A stretch of 62,791 nucleotides of DNA, filler included, from Rhabdomonas costata (lineage: Eukaryota): the NCBI GenBank assembly GCA_019059605.1. It is 23 parts of 23 records of this genome, joined end to end, with 100 filler letters (N's around TTAATTAATTAA, not from the genome) between each part and the next. Parts side by side here need not be neighbours in the genome. Positions count along the whole stretch, not along the records: positions 35,558 to 38,206 come from JAHMHO010002542.1; positions 38,307 to 40,939 come from JAHMHO010002543.1; positions 41,040 to 43,676 come from JAHMHO010002544.1; positions 43,777 to 46,407 come from JAHMHO010002545.1; positions 46,508 to 49,138 come from JAHMHO010002546.1; positions 49,239 to 51,869 come from JAHMHO010002547.1; 17 more parts are not named here. One strand, written 5' to 3'. The translations under genes were made by a program, and so were the position numbers. Of this stretch, positions 37,117 through 50,101 are shown piece by piece (the stretch's first letter is position 1; every line of letters begins with the position of its first letter). A model generated the notes under the pieces. That model saw nothing but the letters and a program-made list of their open reading frames with translations. It searched no databases and was not told the origin of the DNA.

Positions 37117-38120
37117 CTTGCGAACGATGTGCACAATGTTCGGTCGCACTCTTAGCGCAAAGTGCACCGCCTCCGCCGGGGGTGGGCACCCCGCCGCAGC
37201 GGCGGAGCTGGGCCTCGAAGACCCATCCACTGTGGAATTCAGGGTGAGGCTGCCCTGGCTCTCCAGGAATAGTGACGAGGCCGCTGCCGGGGGTTCTCCG
37301 GTTTGAGGGGTGGAGACCCCCCCGCGCGCGGGGCGGCGAGTGTCCCGAGGGGTGGCCGTGGACCTCTTTAAGTGTTCCCGGCATGAGCAGAGGAGAAAGC
37401 GAAGAAGAGAAACCTCGTTACGTTATGGTGTGTCTGGGAGAAGGCAATTTTTTGGCCTATTATTTCGGAGCCTAGACCGACCGCAAACTCCACAGGTTAT
37501 GGTGAACTTAATTTGCCAATGCAATGCAATTAGGGCAGTATTCTGTGAAAGTGATGGACACGTTTGCTTTGCTTTGCTTTGCTTTGCTTTGCTTTGCTTT
37601 GCTTTGCTTTGCTTTGCTTTGCTTTGCTTTGCTGCTTTTCAAACTCCTTCATACGATTAACTCAGCCTCGCCCCTCAGGGGCTCGAAACACCACGCCCTC
37701 ACCACAGCTCGCCAGAGCAGCCAAATCGACGCATAAACACTCATGCCGTAACTGACTTCGCACGCAAATTTAACTCGCACAAAAACAGCCACAAGCGAAA
37801 AGCCAGCTCTTGCAACGCAAGAGAAAACTATTTCACGGGAAAACACCATACATACACGCGCCTACACGCAGGCAGACAAAGAGGAAGACAGGCAAACCCT
37901 TGGAGAGCCGCGGGAGTGAGGTGGAGGAGTGGCGTTGGGGTCGGGCGCGGGCACAAAGCCCATGTCGGTGAGCATCTTGCGGAGCTGGGGCCAACATGGG
38001 GTGAGGCCGTGCGGAAGAGCCTTTAGGAAGGGCCGCTGGAAGCGCTCCCCGCCGGAGTCGTGCAGCACGTGAGAGTATAGATGATAGCAAAACTCGTCCA
38101 GCCACTCCACGCACGGCTTT
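37117..38120 (-). CDS. Hypothetical protein, probable exons near 37900-38120 and 37117-37370
   Basis: GC-rich frames VEWLDEFCYHLYSHVLHDSGGERFQRPFLKALP and ...AVHFALRVRPNIVHIVRK followed by GT. Boundaries approximate. Confidence 0.45.
37563..37632 (+). repeat. Pentanucleotide microsatellite (TTTGC)14
   Basis: Perfect tandem array read directly from the sequence; probably intronic. Confidence 0.98.
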
Positions 38121-39579
38121 TTTTTTCGGAAGGCGAAGGTGAGGTGCAGTGGGGACTGGGGTAAAGAAGCAAGGTAAGATCTCAAACCCACCCAAACAAG
38201 CAAAATNNNNNNNNNNNNNNNNNNNNNNNNNNNNNNNNNNNNNNNNNNNNTTAATTAATTAANNNNNNNNNNNNNNNNNNNNNNNNNNNNNNNNNNNNNN
38301 NNNNNNGGGGTTGGGTGAAGTCCACCATCTCTAGGTGTGATCGGGTCGCTTTCTTTCGGGGAGACGGAAGTGGGAAGTCAACGTGATCGGCAAACTTCAC
38401 AAGGCGTATCTTCGAGATAATTAGAATATCTTTGTTTTGTGGTGTGTCTCCGATAGGTTGAGCTTAGATAGATTTGGAAATGAACATGAATCAAGTAGCC
38501 GGTGATGGCCATCATCCCATCTTGTTGGTACCTTGTTGGTACAGTTTCTCTTTTTCCGTGCATCGATCAAGGAGAGAGGTGCGCTTCGTGAAGTGCTGTG
38601 GGCGAACTTTATTTCTTGGGGAGACCACTCGCGGGCACTGCGTCACCACAGGTTCAGGGAATAGTGCACCAGCATTTCAAACTACAAACAACAAGAAGCA
38701 AATAAATCAATCAGTGCTGGCACACCGGCGTGCAGGTGGGCGGACGGTGTGCCAGCCTACAGTTCTTTCTCTTATCAAAACCCGAGCCCGAGGTAGCTCT
38801 TTCACAGTCTGTTTAAAGGCAAAAGGCCCAAAAACACCCCAAAATGGCCTTTAAATGGCCTCTAGCGTGGCTCTAAACCGAAGCATTCCGGCCCACTCCG
38901 GTGCCAGCATGAAGTACTCCTGGGCTCTACCCTTAGGTATGCTAAGCAGGCCCGGCCGAAAGCTTAGGCTCAGTATGCACCTTAAAGGGGTTATATCTCG
39001 GCGTAGAGAAGTAGTCCGAGGCCGGGAAGCGGCCAACCAACTGGGCCATTGGCCCCTACGCGTCAGTCTAGCTTGAGTTAGGAGGTCAATGTTAGGTCTC
39101 CGGTCCGGTCCGGGAGTGGCCATGGCGGATGTCACCCAGCGAATAGGGTGAGGTTTCGTGCCGAAATAAGTGGTTCTACCCCCCCCCCCCTCGCATTTCC
39201 GATGAGCCCCCCGACGACTGGTGAGGTTCCGGAAGCGGGCTGAAGAGGCTAGATAGGCCCACCTGTTAGAACCCCCAGAACTGCGATAAGAGAAAGAACA
39301 TTAGGCCGCGTGGTGGTGAAGTACGCACAGTACATTCTCTTTTCGCACGCAATAATCAGAACACAGTAAACGTGGGTGGCGGAATGGAACCGAGACCACT
39401 GATCACACACAGCCTCGGGAGTGAGGAAATAAACGCACAGAAGAAAATCACCCCATTCTTTTCGAAATGGTTTCCTAATCCGCCGGGCTTCCGTCGTGAG
39501 CGCTGTTTGCACTGCCCTCACCTACCTCACATTTCTCGGCCAGGGTTCAGCGGTTGTTGTTAGGGTCAGGCAGCCGGGG

Positions 39580-40906
39580 AACCCCCAGCGGCAGTGGCAA
39601 TGACAGCGAAACGTCCAGGTCGCAGATCGATGAGGACGCAGAGCTGGCCCTCCGGATACAAGCCGAAGAGCTGAGGTACCGTTGAGTTCGCTGTAGGTCC
39701 CCAGCTCCCCACGACGGCCGTCTCCTGGCCGCCCAAGTAGTGTGTGTGTGTGTGTGGTGGTGGGTGCTTTTAACATACCTCACAACTTACGTGATACGGA
39801 GTTACGATTTCCTTTCTGTTCAGATTTCAGGCTTGTTTCAACAATGTGGGCGCCACGTGAACTGCTGCCCCTCCTAACTTGGATTGCACTTGAGGCACAA
39901 CCTGCCTGGAATTGTTCCTGGGGAGAATATTCCGTTCATTCACCCCATATGGCTTCGGCAACTTATGAGCGCACACAACTCGGGTTTCGCCATCTTTGAG
40001 GCAGAAGCTCCCATAATACTCGCGGTGCTTAGATCAGACCTCATGTTCCAGTTGAAGCGAAGAGCAGACTGTTCGTAAGCTGCTTTTCTCGTTTTCATAT
40101 CAACCTCTGTTGAATATTCATGGGGGTGAATAGTGTGAATTGTGAATAGTCAGCAGTAAGTTGGAGCACAACTTGCATGGCGGGAGTCGTTCAAGTCAGG
40201 TGATGTCACCATCCACGGGGCGAGTTTATTTGTGATGGCGATGCTTAAAAACCTGGGAGTGGGCGTCTGCAGATTTCGCGAGAACAACGCTCCCACGCCG
40301 CCGCGTGAGCGCAGGACGAGCGCTAGCAGCGGGGACGGGCGCCACCCCGTGGACAGTGGGGAGCTCCACCAGGACGATGACCGCGCTCGGCAGCTGGTGC
40401 CTGCTCGTTTCCTTTGGGGCAGGGGTAAAGGCAATGGCTTGAGGAGGCCCAACCTCTGCGGTAATGTAAAAAAAAAATAGGCTGTAGTGTAATTTTATTT
40501 TGGGTGAACCCGAATGGGGTGAAAAAGGAAAGGGCGCCCAAAAATTACGGATATCATCCACAGTGATCGCAATTTGGAACTGTGAGACCAGGAACTGAAA
40601 GATAGGATACCTAGTCTCGAAAAGTCTCGAAAGGTCATGTACACAAGAAATATTCAAGCGGAAAAGAAGTTATATCACAGGAAACAAAGAGTGGCGCTTG
40701 AGCATGGTCTCCCAAGTCGTCCTGACGAACCCACAACTAGACCGGTTGGAAATGAAGAAACGGGTACAACGTGCTTGAACACGGCAGGGAGATTGGTGAT
40801 TCACGCACCGTTGCAGGCGCAGGCGCAGCCGTTCCATCGTGTCGGAGGCTTCCCTGTCGAATCGTTCCGCCAGAGATTTATGCACCGCAGCTTCTGCTCC
40901 ATCCAT
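39580..40906 (-). CDS. Hypothetical protein, scattered exons
   Basis: GC-rich AG/GT-flanked blocks near 40906-40809 (MDGAEAAVHKSLAERFDREASDTMERLRLRLQR), 40455-40253 and 39725-39580. I could not join them unambiguously. Confidence 0.35.
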
Positions 40907-41491
40907 TCACGTCGAAATCTCGGGATCACCCACCAACACNNNNNNNNNNNNNNNNNNNNNNNNNNNNNNNNNNNNNNNNNNNNTTAATTAATTAANNNNN
41001 NNNNNNNNNNNNNNNNNNNNNNNNNNNNNNNNNNNNNNNGTTGTTGGGGCTGCAGGGCGACGTTGAGAGGAGGGGGAGGCTGAATGATGGGCGCAACGGG
41101 TATGTGGTGTTGGGCGCATTGCGCGCTGGCTGTTGCCTGGTTGACTGGTTGCTTGGTTATTGGTGACCACTGTGGACTGACTGGCGCACGCGCGGTTGGC
41201 CAAGGGTGCTCGCGAGAGGTGCCGTTGGAGCGAACCGTGCTGTAGGGAACCGGAACCGGTACAACGCCAAACGCTCCACTTCTGGTAACCTCCCTTCTGC
41301 CCCACGGGTCCTGGGCCTTTGTCGTGCAGCTGCTCTTTACCAGCGGCTACCTGCATTGCTCCATTGCTGCTCCAATCTCTGCGACTCCACACTCCTTCCT
41401 TGGGGGGCTACATTGCCGTGCCACCACATAGTTGCGTTGCGGGCTCTATAGTTGCGTTGCGGGCTATTCCTGCCCTTTTCCGCTGAACCTC

Positions 41492-41522
<31 letters not shown>

Positions 41523-41833
41523 CAACATTGGTCCAGGTTAGGAGCAATATATAGGTACATACACTGGGTGTGCTGGAACATCAAGGCAGGTTTGGAAAGG
41601 TTGCAGTGCGATTCCACAGCATCACGCAGGTGCATGTGGATGAAAAAGGAGCAAACAGGAAATGTGCGCGTGAAACGTGCGCGTGACAATACTCATGGGG
41701 AGGAAATAAGGTGCGGAAGAGGAAGAGAGGAAAAATGGAATACGCCGCAAGTTGCAATTGCATTGTTTGGAGAGTTGAGTCGTCGAACAAACGAAGCAGT
41801 ATAATGGTTATGACCAAGAGGAAAAAAGATCAC

Positions 41834-42850
41834 CTCCCAAGGCAACCGCTTTGCTGGGGTGCTGCGGAGGCTTCACGATGCCACGGTTCCTTTGCAGCAG
41901 CTGGGCGTCCGAGAGGAAAGCCCAGAACTGGGAGAAGGTCATCTTGCTGAGGGGGTGAATCAGCATGCAGTGCAGTGCAGGAATTAAAAGTGACTTGTTA
42001 GGGCTGGCGTGCAGCAAGGGAAGCATTTGGAGCAAGGTGTCCGCTTAATTTTACTTGACACCCCCTCCTCCGTAGAAGCAAACTACAGGCGAGGAAAAAC
42101 GAGAAGAAACAAAAAGCGCAAGGGAAAGAGCAGATGAAATAGGGCACATACCGATCCTCGAACTCCAGGTCTTCTTCGTCAGTGGCGTAAAAAGTGAAGA
42201 CTTGCTCCAGCAGGCGGTCCTCGTGAAACACGTCCTATATCCCCACACCCACACTTCCTGTTCAAGCATCAAGCGTCACTGAATTCAATGCACTTACATG
42301 TTTCAACCCATCTTCAATCCATCAATGAACATTTCAGTTGGATTCTCAGGTGTGAAAGACGAACACCCCCACCACCGGACATATCATATGTTGCATTTAT
42401 CCACGATTTGCCCTCCCCGTTCAAAGTCAGAATATATCCCATGACCAAGAAAACAACTACAAGGCATCGGGGACTGGCTGCGTTATAACCGTGATTGCCA
42501 CCGCCCCTCCAACCCCCTAAGCGCCAAAATTTTAAAACCCAGAAAAGAAGAGCAGCCACACCCGAACTCTGGAGCTCGTCAGGGCCTGCTTGACCAGCTG
42601 AAAGTCCGGCTCGACCCTAAGCACTGCAAGATGGGAAGAGAGCAGCATCCGCAGAGCACGGGGAAGGTCATGCACCGCAGTCGCGGACACAGAGGGCCGG
42701 TGGTGGGTTCCCAGGGAGGGCGGGACCACAGCAAAGGGATCGTCCTCCTCGAAGTGCCCAACCGACCCGTAGGCAGCAAATGCAAGCCGGACCAGCAGCT
42801 CCAGGAAGTCCGTAGGGCAAAGGTCAGGAAGGACCTCCTTCGGGGGAACA
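41834..42850 (-). CDS. Protein with degenerate EF-hand-like repeats (possibly flagellar-associated), internal fragment
   Basis: Exons 42850-42562, 42234-42152 and 41946-41834 join in frame: DFLELLVRLAFAAY...LEQVFTFYAT...KMTFSQFWAFLSDAQLL, a pseudo-EF-hand-like pattern. A further upstream exon is likely near 43410-43605. Confidence 0.65.
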
Positions 42851-43778
42851 CTGTTGGGGTGGGGGTGCACAGACACACACATACACGTAAACGGAGCTGG
42901 CACCTTCCTTCAAACAAACCTCTACAACTCATCTTACTTCGTCCATCGCACAAGGGAAAAGAAAGCATCTCAAAAACTCGCTTAAACCAGGAAACCCACC
43001 AATGCAGGAGTCCATTTTCTAAATCCCACATCTGATCAGAGTAAGCTGGGGGGAGAAACCTGATCTCTCAATCACCAGCGTCAGTCCATTTAAATGCAGT
43101 TCCTATGGACTGGCTGACGGGCTGGAACCGCGAAATACAATGAATGACGGAGCCGGCGTTGGGACTTCCCCACATCATACGAAGCACTGTGGGAGCTTTC
43201 CCCCCCTGAATTGCATTGATATACGAATATCAGGGAAAGCTTAATCTAATTTCGGTGCAGGGCAAACTGCCACTGCGTGAGGATTGGGAGGGGGTATGGC
43301 CGCTTCCAGCCCCATGCAGAATTTGGTAGAGTTTCTAGAGAAACTAGAAAATAGCCCAGCCATCTATGAGGGGAGAACGGGAGAAGCCACCCACACGTGA
43401 AAAGCCTCACCTCTTGTGCTGATGCTGCAATCCCACTTGAGGTCCGTGGAAGGCTATCAAGGGAACTCTGAACAGTGGAGACTCGCTTCTCTCGTCGCGC
43501 CTTGGCACCAACAAACCGATGCAACCGTACCCCTCCTTTTGATGACCCGTTCAGAGCATTGCACATTCCCACCACGACACTCATTCCGTTTGCCTCTTGG
43601 AAGTCTGCAAACAATCACGCATAACAATGAAAACCGTCCCGGAGGAAAGTCGAGCTCTGCCAGGAATGCAATGCACNNNNNNNNNNNNNNNNNNNNNNNN
43701 NNNNNNNNNNNNNNNNNNNNTTAATTAATTAANNNNNNNNNNNNNNNNNNNNNNNNNNNNNNNNNNNNNNNNNNNNGG

Positions 43779-44438
43779 GTGGTGGTGGGAGTTCGAGCCC
43801 AGATTATTGAGGATTGCGCTAAGCTTCGGGCTGAACTTGTAGCTGTAGCCGACGGGGCTAAGAAAGAAAAAGGTCTCCTGAAAGACGAGCTTCTCTCCCA
43901 AACGGCTCAGCTGCAGCAAGCGGCGTTAGGACAGCAGGAGCAATGCCAGGAAGTCATCCGGCTGATGCAGGAGATCTCCGCTCTGACTGTTTCCGCGCAG
44001 AATCGGGAAGTCGTCTATGAAAAGCTGAAGCAAGACCACTGCCGAAGCCTGGAAGAGTGCGCCCGGCTGCGCACAGAGCTTGCCACGATTCGCGACGCGG
44101 CTCTCACAGAAAACGCCAGACTGAAAGGCGAGCTGGGCACATGCACCCTTCAGGCTGAGCTAGTGCGGAAGACGCAGCACGGAAAGGCCGAGGAGATCGC
44201 TCAGCTGCAACAGGAGGTCTGTCGCCTCACGGCTGCGCTGAGCCAGACCCAGCAAGATTGCTGCAAGCTTCGAGCGGAGCTGGCGACAGGAAGCTGCGCT
44301 GCTCTGGCGGAGAACGTGAGGGTGAAGGAGGAACTCAGTGCCTGCGCAGCGCAGCTGGAGCTTGCGGTCAAGGCCCAGCGTGAGGAGCACCGAGAATTGG
44401 TTCGACTGCGACAGGAGCTTCAACTTTTCCGGCGTTGA
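43779..44438 (+). CDS. Coiled-coil protein with three internal repeats, 5' partial
   Basis: 219 open codons ending in TGA. The unit (D/E)C.(K/R)LR.EL.....A..E....K.EL occurs three times. Confidence 0.85.
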   Translation: MVVGVRAQIIEDCAKLRAELVAVADGAKKEKGLLKDELLSQTAQLQQAALGQQEQCQEVIRLMQEISALTVSAQNREVVYEKLKQDHCRSLEECARLRTELATIRDAALTENARLKGELGTCTLQAELVRKTQHGKAEEIAQLQQEVCRLTAALSQTQQDCCKLRAELATGSCAALAENVRVKEELSACAAQLELAVKAQREEHRELVRLRQELQLFRR

Positions 44439-45842
44439 GTAACGCTGCCCATTAGGACTGGATGTGTTTTTTTGTTTTTGGCCCCCATCGCAACCGAGCG
44501 AAATCGTGAACAAGCTGTGGCGCACCAACGTGTATATCTATGCCCTCCAAGTCTTTTTTAAAACCGCGGATCGGATTTTCTGTGATGAACTTTGTTGTTG
44601 CCTTCTTTGCAGCGTTTCAATGCCGAACTTAAGGTGTTGGGGCGGTAGTGGCTCCCACACGGAATGAAGGAGGATATACTTGAAGTTATGGTTCATGCAG
44701 TTGGTGTAGAGCAGAATCGGAGTGAGGCTGGCTCATGCGTACGGACCGCTTGCCCTTTTGCGGTTCCATTCATGGATGGAAAACGCGGTTTGACGGTGAG
44801 GCCCCCTTCGCCTCACTTGGAGAAGAGGAAGACGCCTACGTCCTCCTCCATGCATATCCAGCACAGCACCCCCTGAATAAGTGCCCTGAATGATATGCTG
44901 CGCAGACGAATTTTGGGAGCTTCCGCAAATTGTCTTCCTGCTGAGATATTGCATGGGTTTGCATCGATGAGTCTGCAAGGCATTAGCTTTTAGAAGAAGG
45001 CACCAGAATGACCGCTTGAACTAACTCTTTCCTGTGTTTTCTTCATAAAGCTGGCTTTCTGTTTTTGATTTCTTGGCATCCGTGGACTGTTGTTTTGTCT
45101 TTTCCCAAAAAGTTCACAAAATCCTTCATGAATGAGTCGCAGTTCTCAAGAACCTCCTCTGCGGCCCAGCAACAGGATGCGCTCAAGGTCCTTTCCTTTT
45201 TCCTGTCTTGCAGCGTGATGGTGGCAGAGAAAGTTACCGAGAGTTACGAGCTTCTGGCAGACTCAGCATTGAGTTGAAAGTGCAGCTTCTGAAGGGCGGA
45301 AATGCATGCCAGTATTTGTGCTGAAGGAAAAATCTTGTTGCATCGTGCAACAAAGTTGGGAAAAGAAGATGGTGCAGCATTGTGTTGATAAACCAGGCAA
45401 AACGATTGTGGGCATCATTGTGGGCAAAGCCTGAAGGAAGGAATAATAGAGACAGGGTATGCCAAGAGCAACGGTTTGCGACGGAAGCCAGTAACAATAC
45501 CGTCCAAAGCGTCTAAATCTAGTTCTTGCCGATGCAAGACGCGCGAAAGGACGACATGCAATTCGGCGGACTGGTGTGATAATCACTGGCGCAACAGTAA
45601 AGATGAAGTAGATGTTTTGGGACAGGGACAATTGTTGGGACAATTGCGTGTGGGGGACCGTTTTAGATTTGGTAGATCGGTTGGGACACTATTTGGACAC
45701 TATTTGGAGAGGCCAACGCCGCGGCGCAGCCGGAGCGGACGGTTGAGGCGGGACGTGCCATTGGGGGGATCATCTAAAAAACTGACCTTTGACGTCTGAC
45801 GGTGTTATACGTTTTCCGCCGTTTAACATTGATACCCCACCA

Positions 45843-46003
45843 ATGCGGCAGCCTCCGTGCTTTACGACACCCCGGAGCACGTCCTTCGTGCGCAGGTCTG
45901 AGCGAGCCCGCTGCGATGCTTGCAAGGAGCGCGAGGTCCAAAATGCTCAGCTTCACAGCGAAATGCGCGCCCTGGAGATGGAGCTGAAGGAGCTTCGGAA
46001 GAG
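45843..46003 (+). CDS. First coding exon of hypothetical coiled-coil protein
   Basis: ATG at 45843; MRQPPCFTTPRSTSFVRRSERARCDACKEREVQNAQLHSEMRALEMELKELRK followed by donor GTGAAT. Confidence 0.55.
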
Positions 46004-49000
46004 GTGAATCTCCCCTTCTTCTGGAAAGGGCGAGCAGACTTTGCACTGCTCCGGAGCTTGTCGAACAAATTTTTTCTGTTGTGAGTGGGGGAAGTCGAAC
46101 AAATGCTGCGTCGGTCGCTTTTCCCAACGGAGGCATGGCCCACACGAAAGAGGTACGCTGTCCTGTTTCAGCGAGATAGCTATGGTGGATTGGTTGCCCT
46201 CTGTTTTGAAAACACTCGCCGTCATTTCTGTCCAAATTAAAGCTGCTGTGATGGTATATTGTGATTTTCACGGAAGGACTTTGTTCCCAGCAGTGACAGG
46301 TACGGGATACCTTAATTTTCGCTGGATGGATATTTGTGACACAGGTCGCCAATACCCCTTGCCTGTTCGTGACCCCTGAGTTTGACTCCTAAGTCCACCT
46401 CCACCCTNNNNNNNNNNNNNNNNNNNNNNNNNNNNNNNNNNNNNNNNNNNNTTAATTAATTAANNNNNNNNNNNNNNNNNNNNNNNNNNNNNNNNNNNNN
46501 NNNNNNNTTTTGTGGTTGAGAAGATTGTTTTACGCGTGCCTTCCTCGTGTTAGCGCTGCTGTGCTACCACTCTATCTCTCATCATCGCTCAACTTTCGTC
46601 AGGCCACCGAAAACTGTAAGGGCTCTGTCACCCTAGAGGTAGTGTTTCGTGGCATTTGAGGATGCTGGGTTCGCGTTGTTCTGCCAGTCTGTTATTTGTC
46701 TCCTCTCTTTTGTACTACTCTGTTTACGTTTTCGCTGTGGTGCCGCTGACGCACAGAATTTCGTTGAAATGAATGATTTGGGCTTGCCGAATATTCGAAT
46801 GAGAGCCTTTTGGTTCTATCTGGCGCAACTGGAAACGAAAAATGTGGTGGCGCAAAACTTAAACCTCTCCTATTTGCGTGGTGGTGGAGGCAATTCGGAA
46901 GCTAACTTCCGAAGTTGTTATCGAGTATCATTGTTATCGAGTATCATTGCAAGATTCAACCTAAAATGGGAGGATTCACTGCCTGCCTGCCCACAGCACG
47001 CCACATGGCCTTTCCCCTCGCTCTTTTCTTGCCTTGCTATGCACTCACCCCCTCCCCCAGGAGGACGAAGGAAGTGAAGAACAAAGAAGGTAGGTATTGA
47101 GCTGAGCTTGAGATGACCGCTCCCCCACACAGTTATTTTGCTTTCGGCACATGCGCGGACAAGGATGTGGATACGGTGGACTTGGTAATCATTTGAATGG
47201 TTTCGGTTTCGGGCACGTCTCAGGTCAGCATCTCAAGTGGAAGTAAGCCTACCCTAGGATATGCGATTTTTATCAGCCGGTGGTGGTCATGGCGTCAAAA
47301 GTTACCGAATATATAACACAATACGCCAACCTGTAACCTGTTGCATGTTATCGTATGTTTACTCGCACAGTCACTGGAATTATGAAAATTCTATAAAATG
47401 AAATGAAATTACAGAATTATTAAATAACTCACAAAAATGAACTGAAAGTCTCTTCGGGCAGACAGCTTAATTTTCACAAGGCGTCACAACCCTACAGCCT
47501 CCGGAAATAAGAATTACCCTTCACAAATACAAATTAAGTCAAAGTCGCACTAAGTGCACCATCCGTGATACTCTTCAGCCGTGAAACTATACCACGGTAC
47601 TAGTGGAAAGACGAAAACGGCGGCGACAGCACATGACGAGGTTTTGTTCCGAGGCACCTCGACCTGTGCATGGGATACCACGACCTTTTTGAGCCGCAGG
47701 CTGGTGTGGCTGATGTGACAGTCTTTCCCGTTCTATGGCACCTCCGCGCTCTTTCGTCCCACTCAAGTGCGCGGTCAACCAACAAGAACTTCAACTTTCC
47801 GTTTCCCATAATTACAAACAAACAATGTGTTTCAGTGAAAAAAATTAGCCCACGCATTCTACTGGCACAGAAGTCGCGAAACATGACACATGCAATAGAA
47901 GAAAAGGTGCAACTTTGGTTAAAAAAGATTAAAACAGAAGACAAGCAGAAAAAAAAAACCTATTATCGAATAAACGAGCGCAATATAAATGGCAAAAAAC
48001 AAATGCAGACCCAAGCATACCGAGTGCGACTTTTAGGAAATCCTAAAATTATGAATGAAATTTTCATCCTATCTGAAACTTGGAAAAGAAAAGGAAAGTG
48101 CTCAGATTATTCCCGTTTATTATTGTTTGCACATTCAAGAGCAAAGTGTAGTAACCTGAACACGCGGGTGGTAGCAGGGATGTCGAGTACCTGGGGCTTC
48201 CCGACGACCAGGGTTGGTTTGTTGGGTTACTCAATGGTCCCCACCCAGGTGCTTGGCACGTTGGCATTGAGTTCATTCTACACTGGTAGTCTCGACCTCC
48301 ACTTTGGTACATACAGCAGTGGCCACCCACCGTAGCACCAAAGCAGTGCCCTGAGGCATTAGGATCAGCACCACACCCACCATGACCACCCCACAGGCGC
48401 CAACACCCCAACTTCACACCATAAGAGGCAACAGAAGGCATACACCCCAACCTAACCCTGATGCCGTGAGGGTAATGGTGGCCTTGGCTAGCAAAAGGGC
48501 TGCTGGAGCAACTGGAAACGCACCTCTCGAGCTGCCCCGGCACTTCCCCAAGCCTTGAACCTCGTTCTACCCAAGCCGCCTCCTATGGTATTCGGTGTCG
48601 GTATTTGGGGCTGTGGTTCATGGGGGTATTTGGGTTTCTGCCTCGGGGTTGGGGTTGCGGGTTGGGTTTTCGGCATTCTGAGTTGGGGTTGTGACAATTG
48701 GGGTTGGAAATGCCAGCACGGCACGGAACCTCGTCCATAAACGCACTCCACCCCAGCCAGCTGCCATCGCCCTGGTCTGACGCTGCACCATAATGCTGAA
48801 GGGACGCCATGACACCAGCACTGCACCAAGCTGACCTGACAACTTTCCCCTCATTGGGACACACCCACACCCGTCTCTCAGGAAATGCAGATAGAAACTC
48901 GCGGCCCTTTTGAGCAAATCCCAATGTAGCATCGCCAACCTTGTCTTAGCGCTTGAAACCGTAACCATACCGTTAAGCCAGTGTGTGAAACCAAGACCCA

Positions 49001-50101
49001 GTAATAGAGACAGAAACAGAACATGCAACGGTTTCTGGTATGGAGAAAGGGCATGGTTGATAGAGACCGAGCTAACACTACAAGAGAACCAAAGCACCAA
49101 TATTAAGGCCTGTACATGGAGATTCTTCACCAAAACCCNNNNNNNNNNNNNNNNNNNNNNNNNNNNNNNNNNNNNNNNNNNNTTAATTAATTAANNNNNN
49201 NNNNNNNNNNNNNNNNNNNNNNNNNNNNNNNNNNNNNNGCTGTGGAGGGAATGCGGCTATTGTGGTGGTGGTGGTTCCAGGTTGCACCAGTGAACAAAGG
49301 TACATGTGTTAGCCTGAAACACAACTCTCCCCAAGTCAAAGAAGAAAACATCTGTCAGCCTCCAAGGTAACTGGCACACCGTTTATTGTGTTGTTTGTGC
49401 GAAGTTGCAAAAGCAAGGAATCCGTTTAATGTTTTTGTGGCGTCGTGTTTCTGAAAAATGCCTTCTTTCTCCTTTCTTTTGAGGTGTTCGATTGTTTTCA
49501 AACTTCCACGCGCTGTCCGTCTCACCCTCCCATCTTTTTTGTGGTTACTCTCGATTTTCCACTCAAACGCGCGCGCAAGCGATCCTTCCTACTACTATCT
49601 CCGCTCCCTGATCTTGGCCTTACCAGCTCTGTTATTTTGCCCACATCCCATATCATCTGGCCCCCCTCGCGCTCCTCCTCTCCCCCTTGGGTTTTTCTTT
49701 CATTTTGCTCTTCTCCTGTACACAGTTTTGCTCCTTTATGCCCTCGTCTGCACTGCTACCCTGCATTTCCTTTCTTGTATAAATAAATCGACCCAAACCC
49801 CCCTTTGCCATCCACGCAGTTCACTCTTTGGTTCGACGACAACTTCCACGCAAACGTGCAAGCGCGCGAAATAAGGAAACAAAGAGGGACGCTTTCAGCG
49901 AAACAAAGCATACCCTAAAATGATTCTACTCAAAAATCTCAAATTTGACAGGTTTTTTTTGAGTTGGCGAACTCTCTAGTGTGAGTTCGTTGCGTTTTGA
50001 AGTTCTCTTAATTCAATTAATTGACGTGCGTGTTGTTGAACAGCGTTGGGAATCGTACCAAAAAGACGGCCGTCGGATATGTTGTTGGTGTCTTCTCTCA
50101 G

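Noticed and set aside
39200-39265. CTGAAGAG stem as a hammerhead ribozyme (also CTGACGA at 40722)
   Set aside because: The GAAA core is absent or misplaced and stems I/III cannot be formed.
41428-41468. Two-copy tandem duplications (20 bp here; 16 bp at 46915-46949)
   Set aside because: Ordinary slippage duplications without spacers; not CRISPR.
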